DNA from: Candidatus Oxydemutatoraceae bacterium
GTDB lineage: Bacteria; Pseudomonadota; Gammaproteobacteria; Poriferisulfidales; Oxydemutatoraceae
NCBI GenBank assembly: GCA_965219575.1
Contig: OZ244779.1
Location: 1,100,769-1,164,768, forward strand
DNA: 64,000 bases
Direction: 5' to 3'
The translations under genes and the position numbers were made by a program. Each line of letters starts with the position of its first letter. The first letter of the stretch is position 1. The notes beneath the pieces are model-generated. The model was not told where the DNA came from, did not search any database, and saw only the letters and a program-made list of their open reading frames with translations. Below, in pieces: positions 21,161-30,939 of the stretch.

Positions 21161-21740
21161 GGACAGAATAGAGTTGCGTGTCTGCATAAGTATAGTGTAG
21201 GTGTATTCCCCTCCTGTGGAGGGGTGGCCTATGCATTTTGCAATGCACGCGTTTAGCAGTCATGTTGAGGCTCTGAACAAAGTCACGCCGATTGACCTAC
21301 TGGTTCAATCGGCGGTTCTATTTAGTCTGACGGGGTAGTCGCGTCGTGGGGCTGTTGAAAAAGTATCGCCAGCGTGCAACCGTAACCGTTTGCGCCATGA
21401 ATTTATAATAACCACCAAGCCGTAGGGGCAGACCTGTGTGTCTGCCCTTAAGTATCGTTCTGCACAGCCGGAACCACTTGCGCCAACAAATAATGGTTTC
21501 CATAATATTAATGGGTGAACGCGTTAATCGTGCAAACATGATACGTTACGGACGGACATGCCAGTCCGCCCCTACGGCGGTTTGTAAATATTTACGGCGC
21601 AAGCGGTTGAGTTTGAGCGATGCCCGCACTTTTTCAACAGTCGCGTCGTATTTGCACGATTTATACATCCATCCAATTTATGGAAACCAAAACCAAATGG
21701 CGCAAGCGGTTAGATTTTTGAGATGCCAGTACTTTTTCGA
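21129..21740. repeat. Mosaic repeat cluster (C with 94-bp insert, B-MITE)
   Basis: C hairpin at about 21207-21228, insert 21229-21322, B-MITE from 21348. Confidence 0.88.
21348..21644. mobile_element. B-MITE with 5-bp TSD GTCGT
   Basis: GTCGT at 21343-21347 and 21645-21649 flanks GGGGCTGTTGAAAAA...TTTTTCAACAGTCGC. Confidence 0.7.
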
Positions 21741-21800
21741 TGCCATTTCTTTTGAAATTTTTTTATATCATACTCCTAATTTATCGTGTAAAATGGGAGT

Positions 21801-22961
21801 ATGATATCGAGAATCTTAAAACCTGGCTCAAAAGATAGCTTTTTTCTATTTGGCGCAAGGGGCGTAGGAAAATCCTTTCTCCTTGAACATAAATTCAAGA
21901 AAAGCGCATGCTTATGGATAGATTTTTTAGACTTTGAAGAAGAGCAAGCCTTTCGCCGGAATCCCAATGAACTATCTTATAGATTGTCCAAAGGTAGCTA
22001 TCGCAGGGTTGTTATCGATGAAATTCAAAAAGTGCCTAAACTTTTGGATATCGTTCAAAAGGAGATGGGAAAGAATCCTAAAATCCAATTCATCATGACC
22101 GGTTCCAGTGCAAGAAAACTTAAAAGAGATCAAAGCAACCTGCTTGCCGGAAGAGCATTTACCTATCATCTTTATCCGTTAACCACCTTTGAATTAAAAA
22201 ACAACTTTGACCTCACCGAAGTACTAAACTTCGGTAGCTTGCCGGGATTGCTGGAGAAAAAATCAAAGGCTCGGAAAAGCGAGTTTTTAAGAAGTTATGT
22301 GCATACCTATATGAAAGAGGAGATAAGAGTAGAGCAACTGATAAGAAACTTCGATCCTTTTCAAACATTTCTTGAGGTCGCCGCACAACAAAACGGAAAA
22401 ATTATCAATTACTCTAATATCGCCGACGATGTGCAGGTGAACCATAAAACGGTGGCGAGCTACTTCACAATTCTCGAGGATACATTATTAGGTTTTATGT
22501 TGCCGTCGTACCATAAATCCATCAGAAAACAACAGCGTAAATCTCCTAAATTCTATTTCTTCGATACCGGGCTAAAGAAAGCTCTGGATAGAACCTTAAA
22601 CTTTGATCTTAGCGAAGGGACCTATGCTTTCGGAGCAGCCTTCGAGCATTGGGTTATCGCCGAGTGTTTTCGTCTCAACGCATACTTGAGAAAAGATTTT
22701 AAGTTTTCGTATCTTAGAACCAAGGACGGAGTGGAGATAGATCTGATTATAGAAAGACCCATGCAAAAAGATCTTCTGGTCGAGATAAAGTCTTCCGGAC
22801 AAATCAAAGACAAACATACGACGCATCTTTGTGCCTTTCAAAAAGACTGGAAGCCCGGCGGTATAAGCCAGATTTGGTCGTTGGATAAAAACGAAAAAAA
22901 TATCAAAGGGGTGGATTGTTTATTTTGGAAAAATGCGCTTAAAAGAATATTCATAGAGTAG
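21801..22961 (+). CDS. AAA_14 ATPase with DUF4143 / PD-(D/E)XK C-terminal domain
   Basis: GARGVGKS, VVIDEIQ, TGSS, LAGRA, PKFYFFDTGL, EIDLII..VEIK. Confidence 0.9.
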   Translation: MISRILKPGSKDSFFLFGARGVGKSFLLEHKFKKSACLWIDFLDFEEEQAFRRNPNELSYRLSKGSYRRVVIDEIQKVPKLLDIVQKEMGKNPKIQFIMTGSSARKLKRDQSNLLAGRAFTYHLYPLTTFELKNNFDLTEVLNFGSLPGLLEKKSKARKSEFLRSYVHTYMKEEIRVEQLIRNFDPFQTFLEVAAQQNGKIINYSNIADDVQVNHKTVASYFTILEDTLLGFMLPSYHKSIRKQQRKSPKFYFFDTGLKKALDRTLNFDLSEGTYAFGAAFEHWVIAECFRLNAYLRKDFKFSYLRTKDGVEIDLIIERPMQKDLLVEIKSSGQIKDKHTTHLCAFQKDWKPGGISQIWSLDKNEKNIKGVDCLFWKNALKRIFIE

Positions 22962-23132
22962 AATTTGCGAACCACCTATAGAGATGCGCCATTCCCTTCG
23001 TTGTAGGGGTGGCCTATGCATTTTGCAATGCATGCGTTTAGCAGTCATGTTGAGGTTCTGAACAAAGTCACGCCGATTGACCTACTGGTTCAATCGGCGT
23101 TTCTATTCAGCCTGATGGGGTGGTTGCAGCGT

Positions 23133-24229
23133 GGGGCTGTTGAAAAAGTATCGCCAGCGTGCAACCGTAACCGTTTGCGCCATGAATTTATACAAACCGC
23201 CGTAGGGGCGGACTGGCATGTCCGCCCTAAAGTGTCGTTCTGCACAGCCGTAATCGCTTGCGCCGTATGGTTTTGGTTTCCATAAATTAACTGGTGTACG
23301 ATTTTATTTGTGCAAACGCAGTGCGTTTCGAGAAGGTATGTTATCTCCCTACGGTTCATAAAATACTTTTTCAACGGCTCCGTCGTATCTGCACAAGCAC
23401 GGTGTCTGCCCATTCCCTTACTGTGGCGGGTGCAATAGCCCCACGTTCTTGGCATTAGTTCACAAAAAGCACGACCACACTGAGAATAGAACATACCGAA
23501 ACAAAAATGCCGATAGCGAGCCCAACACCCCATTTATAAATGTTATCTCTCAATTTAGATTGTTCTCTTAAGATGTCATCTCTCAATTTAGATTGTTCTC
23601 TTAAGATGTCATCTCGCAATTTAGATTGTTCTCTTGCAATGGTCGCAATGTCCTTTTTCATTTCTACAATATCGGTTTTTATATTCAAGATGTCGGTTTT
23701 CATAACCGCCATCTCAACTTCAACATTGTTTAGTCTCAGTTCTATATTTTTTATATCGGCTTTCATATCTACGATGTCGGCTTCAATATTGTTTAGTCTC
23801 AGTTTCATGCTTTCTATATCGGCTTTCATGTCTGCCATCTCGGCTTTCATGTCTACGATATCGGCTTCAACATTGCTTAGTCTTAGATCTATACTTTCCA
23901 TATATAAACCTGCCTTGTCCGATTGTGGGGGATGTGTTTCCGATTCTAGAAAGTCTAGCGTTGACTTCATTTCGAGCACCATTTTGTAAATAGTTTCAAT
24001 CGTTAAGTTATCTACATTTTCTATATTTTCCATTTTTAACCTCTTTAAGTTGAATTATAAGAAAGAGCCTGCGTTATAGCAAGCCGTCTAATCGCAATCG
24101 GATTATAAATTCGGCTAGAGGGTGCTGTTTCGCGTTTCCGACGAACGGTATCAAAAATATGGATGAACTTGCAGAAGCCATTGATTGAGGTCATAGGTTA
24201 ATCGGCCGATACCATCTTTCAACGGCTCC
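23133..24229. mobile_element. Composite B-TIR-bounded unit carrying a coiled-coil gene; 5-bp TSD AGCGT
   Basis: AGCGT(23128-23132)-GGGGCTGTTGAAA...TTTCAACGGCTCC-AGCGT(24230-24234). Confidence 0.6.
23455..24033 (-). CDS. Heptad/hendecad-repeat coiled-coil protein with C-terminal TM anchor (Bdr/DUF1640-like architecture), copy 1
   Basis: MKADIxx/LRLNN heptads, LRDDILREQSK repeats, hydrophobic tail; AGAGG SD. Confidence 0.8.
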   Translation of the reverse strand: MENIENVDNLTIETIYKMVLEMKSTLDFLESETHPPQSDKAGLYMESIDLRLSNVEADIVDMKAEMADMKADIESMKLRLNNIEADIVDMKADIKNIELRLNNVEVEMAVMKTDILNIKTDIVEMKKDIATIAREQSKLRDDILREQSKLRDDILREQSKLRDNIYKWGVGLAIGIFVSVCSILSVVVLFVN

Positions 24230-24322
24230 AGCGTATCTGCACCATTCCAATCGCTACCCACCAATATGGCAAGTGATGCGACTTTCTGCTACGATAGCCG
24301 TTTATACCGAACAGGAGAAGCA

Positions 24323-25664
24323 ATGAAAGATGTTATAGATAAGGAATTATTCGGATGGATCCCACTCTACGAAGGAATAGCCGACCCTTTTAGAGGTCGT
24401 CGGAGAAGAGCCATCGGCGGAACCAAAGCCGAAGAAAGATGAGTAGCTATCTTTTTGAGGGGAAGTTTATTACGAAGCTACGCGCTTCTAATCCTAGACG
24501 TACACCGGACGAAAGCCGGACCGACAAGGCGACTATTCGTAACAAATCTAACGGCTATTACAGCTGGAAGTTACTTTCGGACGGCGATTCCTACGAGGAA
24601 TATATAAAGAAGGGCGGTCGTCCTAAAGATCTACGCTGTGACTACGACCGCGATCGTATCGCCTTAAGCGATACGAGAGAAGAAGCCTTAGCTAAAGCTC
24701 TTCCGCAGGCGGAAGCCGAAGATGTAGCCGAAGAGGAAACCGAATATAAGCCTGATGATCTGCCCGATTCGGATGAACTCTATGGGGTTGACGACATCGT
24801 TAAAAACGGTTGCTTTATGACTCGTGCAGAATTGGAGAACATTCTCGGACCGCTACGAAGCAAAAAAACATCGTTCTACAAGGTCCTCCCGGCACCGGAA
24901 AAACATGGCTAGCCAAACGGTTGGCGTATGCTTTGATGGGGGTCAAAGATAGCGATAAATTAAAAGCCGTACAATTCCATTCAAACATATCTTACGAAGA
25001 TTTTGTTATCGGATACCGCCCGTCGGGGGACGGAAAGTTGGAACTGAAGCACGGTCCATTTCTAGAGATGATAGACAAAGCCGAAAATGACGACAACAAT
25101 AACTATGTTGTCGTGATAGAAGAGATCAACAGGGGGAATCCCGCTCGGGTATTCGGAGAAATGTTAACCCTTCTGGAAGCCGATAAAAGAGAAGCGGGGG
25201 AAGCATTGCAACTGAGTTACGGCAAGGAAAAGGTGTTCGTACCACCCAATCTTTTCGTTATCGGCACCATGAACATTGCCGATCGCTCGTTGGCATTGGT
25301 TGATTTTGCTCTGCGTCGCAGGTTTGCTTTTATAGATCTGAAGCCTAATTTTGGAGATAAGTGGAAAAACTGGGTTCATGCGGAAATCGATATCCCCGAA
25401 GAATTTTTGGAAAAAATAGGACAGCGGATGAGAGAACTAAACGATACAATCGCAAATGCCTCCGGCTTGGGTGAACAATTTAAGATAGGGCATAGCTATT
25501 TGATACCGACCGGCAATACGATAGAAGCGGACTATAAAGGGAGTCATACGGCGTGGTATAGAGAGGTGATAAAAACCGAGATAGAACCGTTGCTTAGAGA
25601 ATATTGGTTTGATACACCGGAGACTGCCAAGAAGGAGGCGGAAAAACTTAGCGAAGGGATTTAG
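24323..25664 (+). pseudogene. mcrB: McrB-like AAA+ GTPase, fragmented
   Basis: N-terminal FGWIPLYE fragment with SD; frameshift at the A7 run 24862-24868 before NIVLQGPPGTGKT; EEINRG, GTMNIADRS, ALRRRF. Confidence 0.8.
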
Positions 25665-26770
25665 TGGCAGTGTCGGCAACTGAGGCTATACTCATTGTAG
25701 GCAAGATTCCTATTCGCAATTTATAGCTACTGATATTCTACGCTTCCGACCTTCATCACCACGACGAGACGGCTAGAAAAAACCTCGAAGAGAATCCCGA
25801 CGACATTGCCGATATCGCGGCGGATATACTTTGCCATCATGTAGAGCGGCGGCTGAGGCGCAATCTGAGTTTTGGTTATCAAAATAAAGTTGCCGTTCTG
25901 AACAGAGTGCGAGGACGTATAGACCTGCTCTATACCGAGTCTCGTCAACTATTGAGCAAAGCCGAGGTCTGTTGCCGTTTTGCCGAACTGACCATTGATA
26001 CACCGCGCAATCGCTATGTGCATGCGGCATTGCAATATCTAGCCTCACTAAAACAGCTTGATAAAGAGCGAAAACACCAATGCCGTTTGCTCGCTATGCA
26101 ACTTGAAGCCATAGGTGTGGGACGGCAAAAACCACCCAACTATGGTGCGAGGAGCGAGCGTTTCGGCTTACACGACTACGCAGACAGAGCCATGCTATAC
26201 GCTGCCGACTTGGCATTTAGCTTAGCCTTGCCGACCGACATAGACGGCGACCATTACCTGCTATCTTCCGATAAAGATATCAGCTGGTTGCGAAAGTTAT
26301 TTGAGCGCGCAGTGCGCGGTTTCTATGCGATTAGACTTAAAGATATATGCGAGGTGAAATCGGAAAATTTGAAATGGGATAGGCAACAAGAAACCGATCA
26401 AATTAAAGACATCTTGCCGGAAATGCAAACCGACATAAGCATTAAAAATAAATCATCCGGCGAGTGTTTAATCATTGATACCAAGTTTAACGAAATAACC
26501 ACCAAAGGGTGGCATAGGGACAGGGCACTGCGCAACAGTTATATCTACCAAATATACGCTTATGTAAGAAGCCAAGAGCGATACGAAGATCCGTCATCGC
26601 GTTCAACGGCAGGGATGTTGTTGCATCCCTCGGTTGGCGAAGATTACAACGAATCGGTTACTATTCAAGGACACGAGTTCAAGTTCTGCACCGTCGATCT
26701 CGCAGCCGAGGCAAAGCAGATAACTGCCCGATTATTGGATCTGCTACCCGCACATTTTAGGGAAGTGTGA
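25664..26770 (+). pseudogene. mcrC: McrC-like nuclease with a premature TAG
   Basis: GTG overlaps the mcrB stop; KIPIRNL*LLIFYASD (TAG 25724-25726), continuing in frame to RGRID..., MQTDI, IIDTKF, YQIYAY. Confidence 0.82.
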
Positions 26771-26821
26771 ACGATACGCGAGGCGCATATCGTTTAACCG
26801 CCGTTAATTTTGAGTTAATTT

Positions 26822-26875
26822 GTAGGGGCAGACTTATATGTCTGCCCGCTTTATAGCGCATGGAATACTTTTTCA
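26822..26875. repeat. Single REP-A plus B TIR remnant
   Basis: GTAGGGGCAGACTTATATGTCTGCCC at 26822-26847. Confidence 0.8.
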
Positions 26876-27166
26876 ATGATCGGATGTAGATTGTTTGTCT
26901 CTGTTCTTGAGGCGATCTCTGAGGTCTATGAAAGAATTTATTAATTTCATAAAAGCATTGATGAGCTTTACGAGGAAGAGTACTATGGTCAGAACCAACA
27001 GAACCAACCCACCGGCATAATAGATGGGGTCTTCTATTACTAAACTTCCCCAAGCTATTGCCATCACGACACCTCCCAGTATCATTAGCAATATGAGTTC
27101 GGCTAAGTTACCGTTCTCTTTCCATGTTGTCGATTGAAATCGATCAGAGTCTACCGAAACAGTCAT
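26873..27166 (-). CDS. Hypothetical small two-TM protein
   Basis: Two hydrophobic segments; start codon uncertain. Confidence 0.4.
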   Translation of the reverse strand: MTVSVDSDRFQSTTWKENGNLAELILLMILGGVVMAIAWGSLVIEDPIYYAGGLVLLVLTIVLFLVKLINAFMKLINSFIDLRDRLKNRDKQSTSDH

Positions 27167-27231
27167 ATCAAATTTCCCTCAAAGTGTTATCACATAAGAC
27201 CTATCGTAGCACAAGACATTATCCATACCGG

Positions 27232-27939
27232 CTAGAACAAAAGAGCAAGACCGAGGGTGCCGATAAAAGCACCACTATCTTCGTCGTTGCTTCGGGCAAT
27301 AGACGAGGTCTCTCCGAGTTTGCGTTCGTATTTAATTTCCAAGTAGGGTGCGACAGAACGCGCAATCTCGTAGCGCGTTTGTATGCCGAGTTCAATGCTT
27401 GAAAAACCCGCACCTATATCTAGCTCCGACACATCTTGTGCGTAAAGTTCTATTTCAAAATAAGGTTCTGCGATAAGTCTTTGCGTGAACAGAAGTTCGT
27501 TTTCCTGTCGAAGGCGCGCGCTAAAGTCGCCGTCTTCACTAACAAACAAATGTGCTTCGGTCTCAAAGAAATAGGGTGCCAATCCGTCAAAGCCGACCAC
27601 TGCATAGGTCAATGAACGGGGTTGGGTATCGTGCCGTACGCCGACTTGAAAATCCCAAAAGCTAGAGATATTGCGGCTATACATCGCCCAAAACTCGGCT
27701 TGTTCGGTTTCGCTGTCGCTACGCTCACCCTCGGATTTAAGCCATAGTTTATTTTCGTCGGTGCCGATCCAGCCGTCAAAATCCCAGTCGGAAAAATTAC
27801 TACCGTCGTCGGTTGCACCGATACCTATTTCCAAGTCAAAAGTATGGAATGTGCCACCGCCGTGTGCATCGTCGGCATGAACTAAAGGAAAAGATAAGAT
27901 CGTCGCCAAGCCGGCAACGCTCATATATTTAATGAACAT
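27232..27939 (-). CDS. copB: Copper resistance protein B (CopB/PcoB, outer membrane)
   Basis: W.G.D.NKLWLKSEGE, WDFQ.G.R.D, GLAPY.FE, RYEI.R..APY; directly downstream of copA. Confidence 0.9.
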   Translation of the reverse strand: MFIKYMSVAGLATILSFPLVHADDAHGGGTFHTFDLEIGIGATDDGSNFSDWDFDGWIGTDENKLWLKSEGERSDSETEQAEFWAMYSRNISSFWDFQVGVRHDTQPRSLTYAVVGFDGLAPYFFETEAHLFVSEDGDFSARLRQENELLFTQRLIAEPYFEIELYAQDVSELDIGAGFSSIELGIQTRYEIARSVAPYLEIKYERKLGETSSIARSNDEDSGAFIGTLGLALLF

Positions 27940-27944
27940 CGTTT

Positions 27945-29714
27945 TTATAGCGGGGCATCGCCCGTTCGGTGGAGCGAGTGATGTTTCTCTTCTTGTGCTT
28001 TAGGTGAATAAAGTTCAGCCGACACTTTGGCCGCATCCAGTTTGGCAACGATAACTTTGTTCATCATGCCCGACATCATGTGATACAAAAGATGACAATG
28101 AAATGCCCATTCGCCGGCTTCGTCTGCGGTGAGCAGTGCCGAATAGGTATCCCCCGGTGCCACATTCACGGTATGCTTGTTAGGGAGTTTGGATATCGGC
28201 TGTCCGTTTTCCAACTGCACGAACATACCGTGCAGATGCATCGGATGCGCCATCATCGTATCGTTGATAAAGGTCAAGCGGACGCGTTCGCCGTGTTCCA
28301 AGTTTATCGGTCCGGAGTCTTCATATTTCTTGCCGTTCAGTGTCCATATATAACGCTCCATATTGCCGCCCAAGCGCACGATAATTTCCCGTCCCGGCAA
28401 TCGCTGATCCTTTTGAACACCGTAATAGCGTAGGTCTTTATATGTCAATGCCTTATGTCCTTCGGGTGTATCTGCATCGGCCCATCCACTGCCCGGTGTA
28501 CCGGTATCGAAGTCGTCGCCCGGCGGATGATACATGTCGTGCTCCTGATGTGATTCGTGTTCTGCGTGATCCATGTTTGTCGCAGAGTGTTCGCTATGAT
28601 TCATATCTGTCATATCGTGTTGGCTATGATCCATACCGGACATGTGATGCATCTTATGCGCCACGCCCATATCCGCCATCGTCAGTGTTGCGCGTTTGCG
28701 TTGACGAGGCGGTTCTCCGCGCATTCCCTCGCGAGGTGCTAAAGTGGCTAGTGCGAAACCGGTTCTATCAATCGGTTCGGCAACAATCGTATAAGCCTTA
28801 TCTTCCGATGGCTCAACGATTGCATCGTAAGTCTCCGCCACACCGAAGCGGAACTCGTCGACGACCACCGGTTCTATAGGCTGACCGTCGGTAGCGACCA
28901 TCGTCATTTTCAACCCCGGAATCCGTACATCGTAAAAAGACATCGCCGAGGCATTGATAAAGCGTAGCCTAATACGCTCGCCGACCCCGAAAAGCCCTGT
29001 CCAGTTTTGCTCGGGTGTTTTACCGTTGACCAAAAAGGTATAATTGCCGACATCCGTGAGATCGGTCGGCATCATCCGCATCCTGCCCCACATTTTGGCA
29101 TTTTCCCATGCCTTGCCGAAACCTTGCTTCTTTGCATCGGCAAAGAAATCACCGACGGTGCGCCGAACATAAACATAGTATTCGGATGATTTTTTTAGGT
29201 TTGCCATAATCATGTTCGCATCGTCCTCGTGGAAATCGGAGAACAAAATCACATAGTCACGATCCACCTTGATATAATCCTCGTCTTTGGGATGAATGAC
29301 GATAGACCCGTAAAGACCGTCTTGCTCTTGCCCTTTAGAGTGGGCGTGATACCAGTAAGTTCCGCTCTGCCGAATCCTAAAACGATAAGTAAATGTCTCA
29401 CCGGGCTTGATACCCGGGAAACCGTTAAAATCGGGAACACCGTCCATTCGCCCGGGCAACAACACCCCGTGCCAATGAATGGAGGTATACTCGTCCATCG
29501 TATTGCTAACATGAATAACCGCCTCTTCACCCTCGTTGAATTGCAGGGTCGGAGCGGGGATACTTCCGTTGACAGTAACCCGCTCAAGCGGTTTCCCGGT
29601 GATATAAACTTGCGCTTTGGCAACGACTAGGGAATACTCCCGCGTCTCGGCAACGCACGGCAAAGCAACAAGCACCCCTGCTATTACCAACATACTCAAT
29701 AGATATTTAACCAT
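27945..29714 (-). CDS. copA: Copper resistance multicopper oxidase (CopA/PcoA)
   Basis: HWHG, YWYHAH, HPMHLHG, HCHLLYHM; His/Met-rich insert. Confidence 0.93.
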   Translation of the reverse strand: MVKYLLSMLVIAGVLVALPCVAETREYSLVVAKAQVYITGKPLERVTVNGSIPAPTLQFNEGEEAVIHVSNTMDEYTSIHWHGVLLPGRMDGVPDFNGFPGIKPGETFTYRFRIRQSGTYWYHAHSKGQEQDGLYGSIVIHPKDEDYIKVDRDYVILFSDFHEDDANMIMANLKKSSEYYVYVRRTVGDFFADAKKQGFGKAWENAKMWGRMRMMPTDLTDVGNYTFLVNGKTPEQNWTGLFGVGERIRLRFINASAMSFYDVRIPGLKMTMVATDGQPIEPVVVDEFRFGVAETYDAIVEPSEDKAYTIVAEPIDRTGFALATLAPREGMRGEPPRQRKRATLTMADMGVAHKMHHMSGMDHSQHDMTDMNHSEHSATNMDHAEHESHQEHDMYHPPGDDFDTGTPGSGWADADTPEGHKALTYKDLRYYGVQKDQRLPGREIIVRLGGNMERYIWTLNGKKYEDSGPINLEHGERVRLTFINDTMMAHPMHLHGMFVQLENGQPISKLPNKHTVNVAPGDTYSALLTADEAGEWAFHCHLLYHMMSGMMNKVIVAKLDAAKVSAELYSPKAQEEKHHSLHRTGDAPL

Positions 29715-29819
29715 AATCCAACCTCCGCCGAGTGGTCATAATATAGTGAAAGGGGGAAGTCATCGCAAGCATAGCCATACTTGCTTATTATAGGCTACTT
29801 TCTCAAGCGACGATACCAG

Positions 29820-29910
29820 TGGCGGAGAGAGAGGGATTCGAACCCTCGATACGGGATAACCGTATACACGCTTTCCAAGCGTGCGCCTTCGACCGCTCGG
29901 CCATCTCTCC
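29820..29910 (-). tRNA. tRNA-Ser(GGA)
   Basis: GGAGAGATGGCCGAGCGG...CACGC-TTGGAAA-GCGTG, long variable arm, GGTTCGAATCC, encoded CCA. Confidence 0.97.
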
Positions 29911-30010
29911 GCAATCAGAGGCTTATTCTATTACACTTGCACAGCGGTACACGGTTTGTATTTGCCGGTGTATATTCGGTGGGTTGTGCGTATCTATGAA
30001 ATTTGCCGGA

Positions 30011-30847
30011 TTACGGGTCGTAGATACGGCAGATTTTTTCAACGCCCTCGGCGATACGCAGCGACGGTCGCTGTATTAAATCCGACTCTATATAGTGGGT
30101 CGGTATTTCTTCTCCGAATAGATCGGCAATCGTTCCTTTATCTACGCCCGATTCAAAACTATGGAATATATAATCGGGCTTTGATAACAACAGTGCCTCT
30201 CTGCCGAGCCGCACGACTTGCGGCTCTAGATATGCATAGATGTTGGTGCCGCCGCAAAGGCTAATCGCTTTTGATATCCAACTCGTGCGGTTGACGCTGA
30301 GCGTGGGTTTGAGCCATAACAAATAGGCGGTTTTGCGATTGGTCTGCACGGTGCGGCCTAGCGATGTCAGAGTTTGCTCGAATCTATCGGCTAAAGCAGA
30401 TGATTTTTCGGGTTGTCCTATCAATACGCCTATATCTTTCAGTGTGTTTGCGATGTCTTCAAAATCACGCGGCTCGGAGATGTAAAAATCGTAGCCGGTG
30501 TCATTCAATCTCCGAAATACCGGTTGTTTGAGCATCACACCCCAGACGAGGATTAAATCGGGGGCAAGTTTAAGCAGTAATTCACGGTTAAAGGTACGGT
30601 AATCGGCAACGACGGGCAGTTCAAGTGCCTGCGGTGGATAATCGGAATGTTCCGACACGCCGACCAGATACTCGCCACCGCCTGCCGAGTAGACTAACTC
30701 CGTCAGATGCGGTGCCAGTGTGATAATACGGCGCGCCGGATTTTCCAATGAAATCGTTCTTTGCCAATCGTCTACGACGACGATTTTGTTTGCATCAACC
30801 GTCGTGCATAAACCGAGCAGTATAAAGATTATTATTTTACATTTCAT
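30011..30847 (-). CDS. btuF: Cobalamin/Fe-complex periplasmic binding protein (BtuF-like)
   Basis: ARRIITLAPHLTEL, GVSEHSDYP, LAPDLIL.W, RPSLRI. Confidence 0.8.
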   Translation of the reverse strand: MKCKIIIFILLGLCTTVDANKIVVVDDWQRTISLENPARRIITLAPHLTELVYSAGGGEYLVGVSEHSDYPPQALELPVVADYRTFNRELLLKLAPDLILVWGVMLKQPVFRRLNDTGYDFYISEPRDFEDIANTLKDIGVLIGQPEKSSALADRFEQTLTSLGRTVQTNRKTAYLLWLKPTLSVNRTSWISKAISLCGGTNIYAYLEPQVVRLGREALLLSKPDYIFHSFESGVDKGTIADLFGEEIPTHYIESDLIQRPSLRIAEGVEKICRIYDP

Positions 30848-30939
30848 GGCTGTTTCGTATTAGTCTGTCTGTGTCGGTGCAAATATACCACTTGATTATG
30901 TTGATGTGTCGGTAGCGCATACATTACAAAATGCGGGGA

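Noticed and set aside
28500-28680. His/Met-rich repeats in copA
   Set aside because: A normal metal-binding insert of CopA/PcoA multicopper oxidases
16936-29910. Prophage or integrative island anchored at tRNA-Ser
   Set aside because: No integrase or phage structural genes, and I found no direct repeat of the tRNA 3' end
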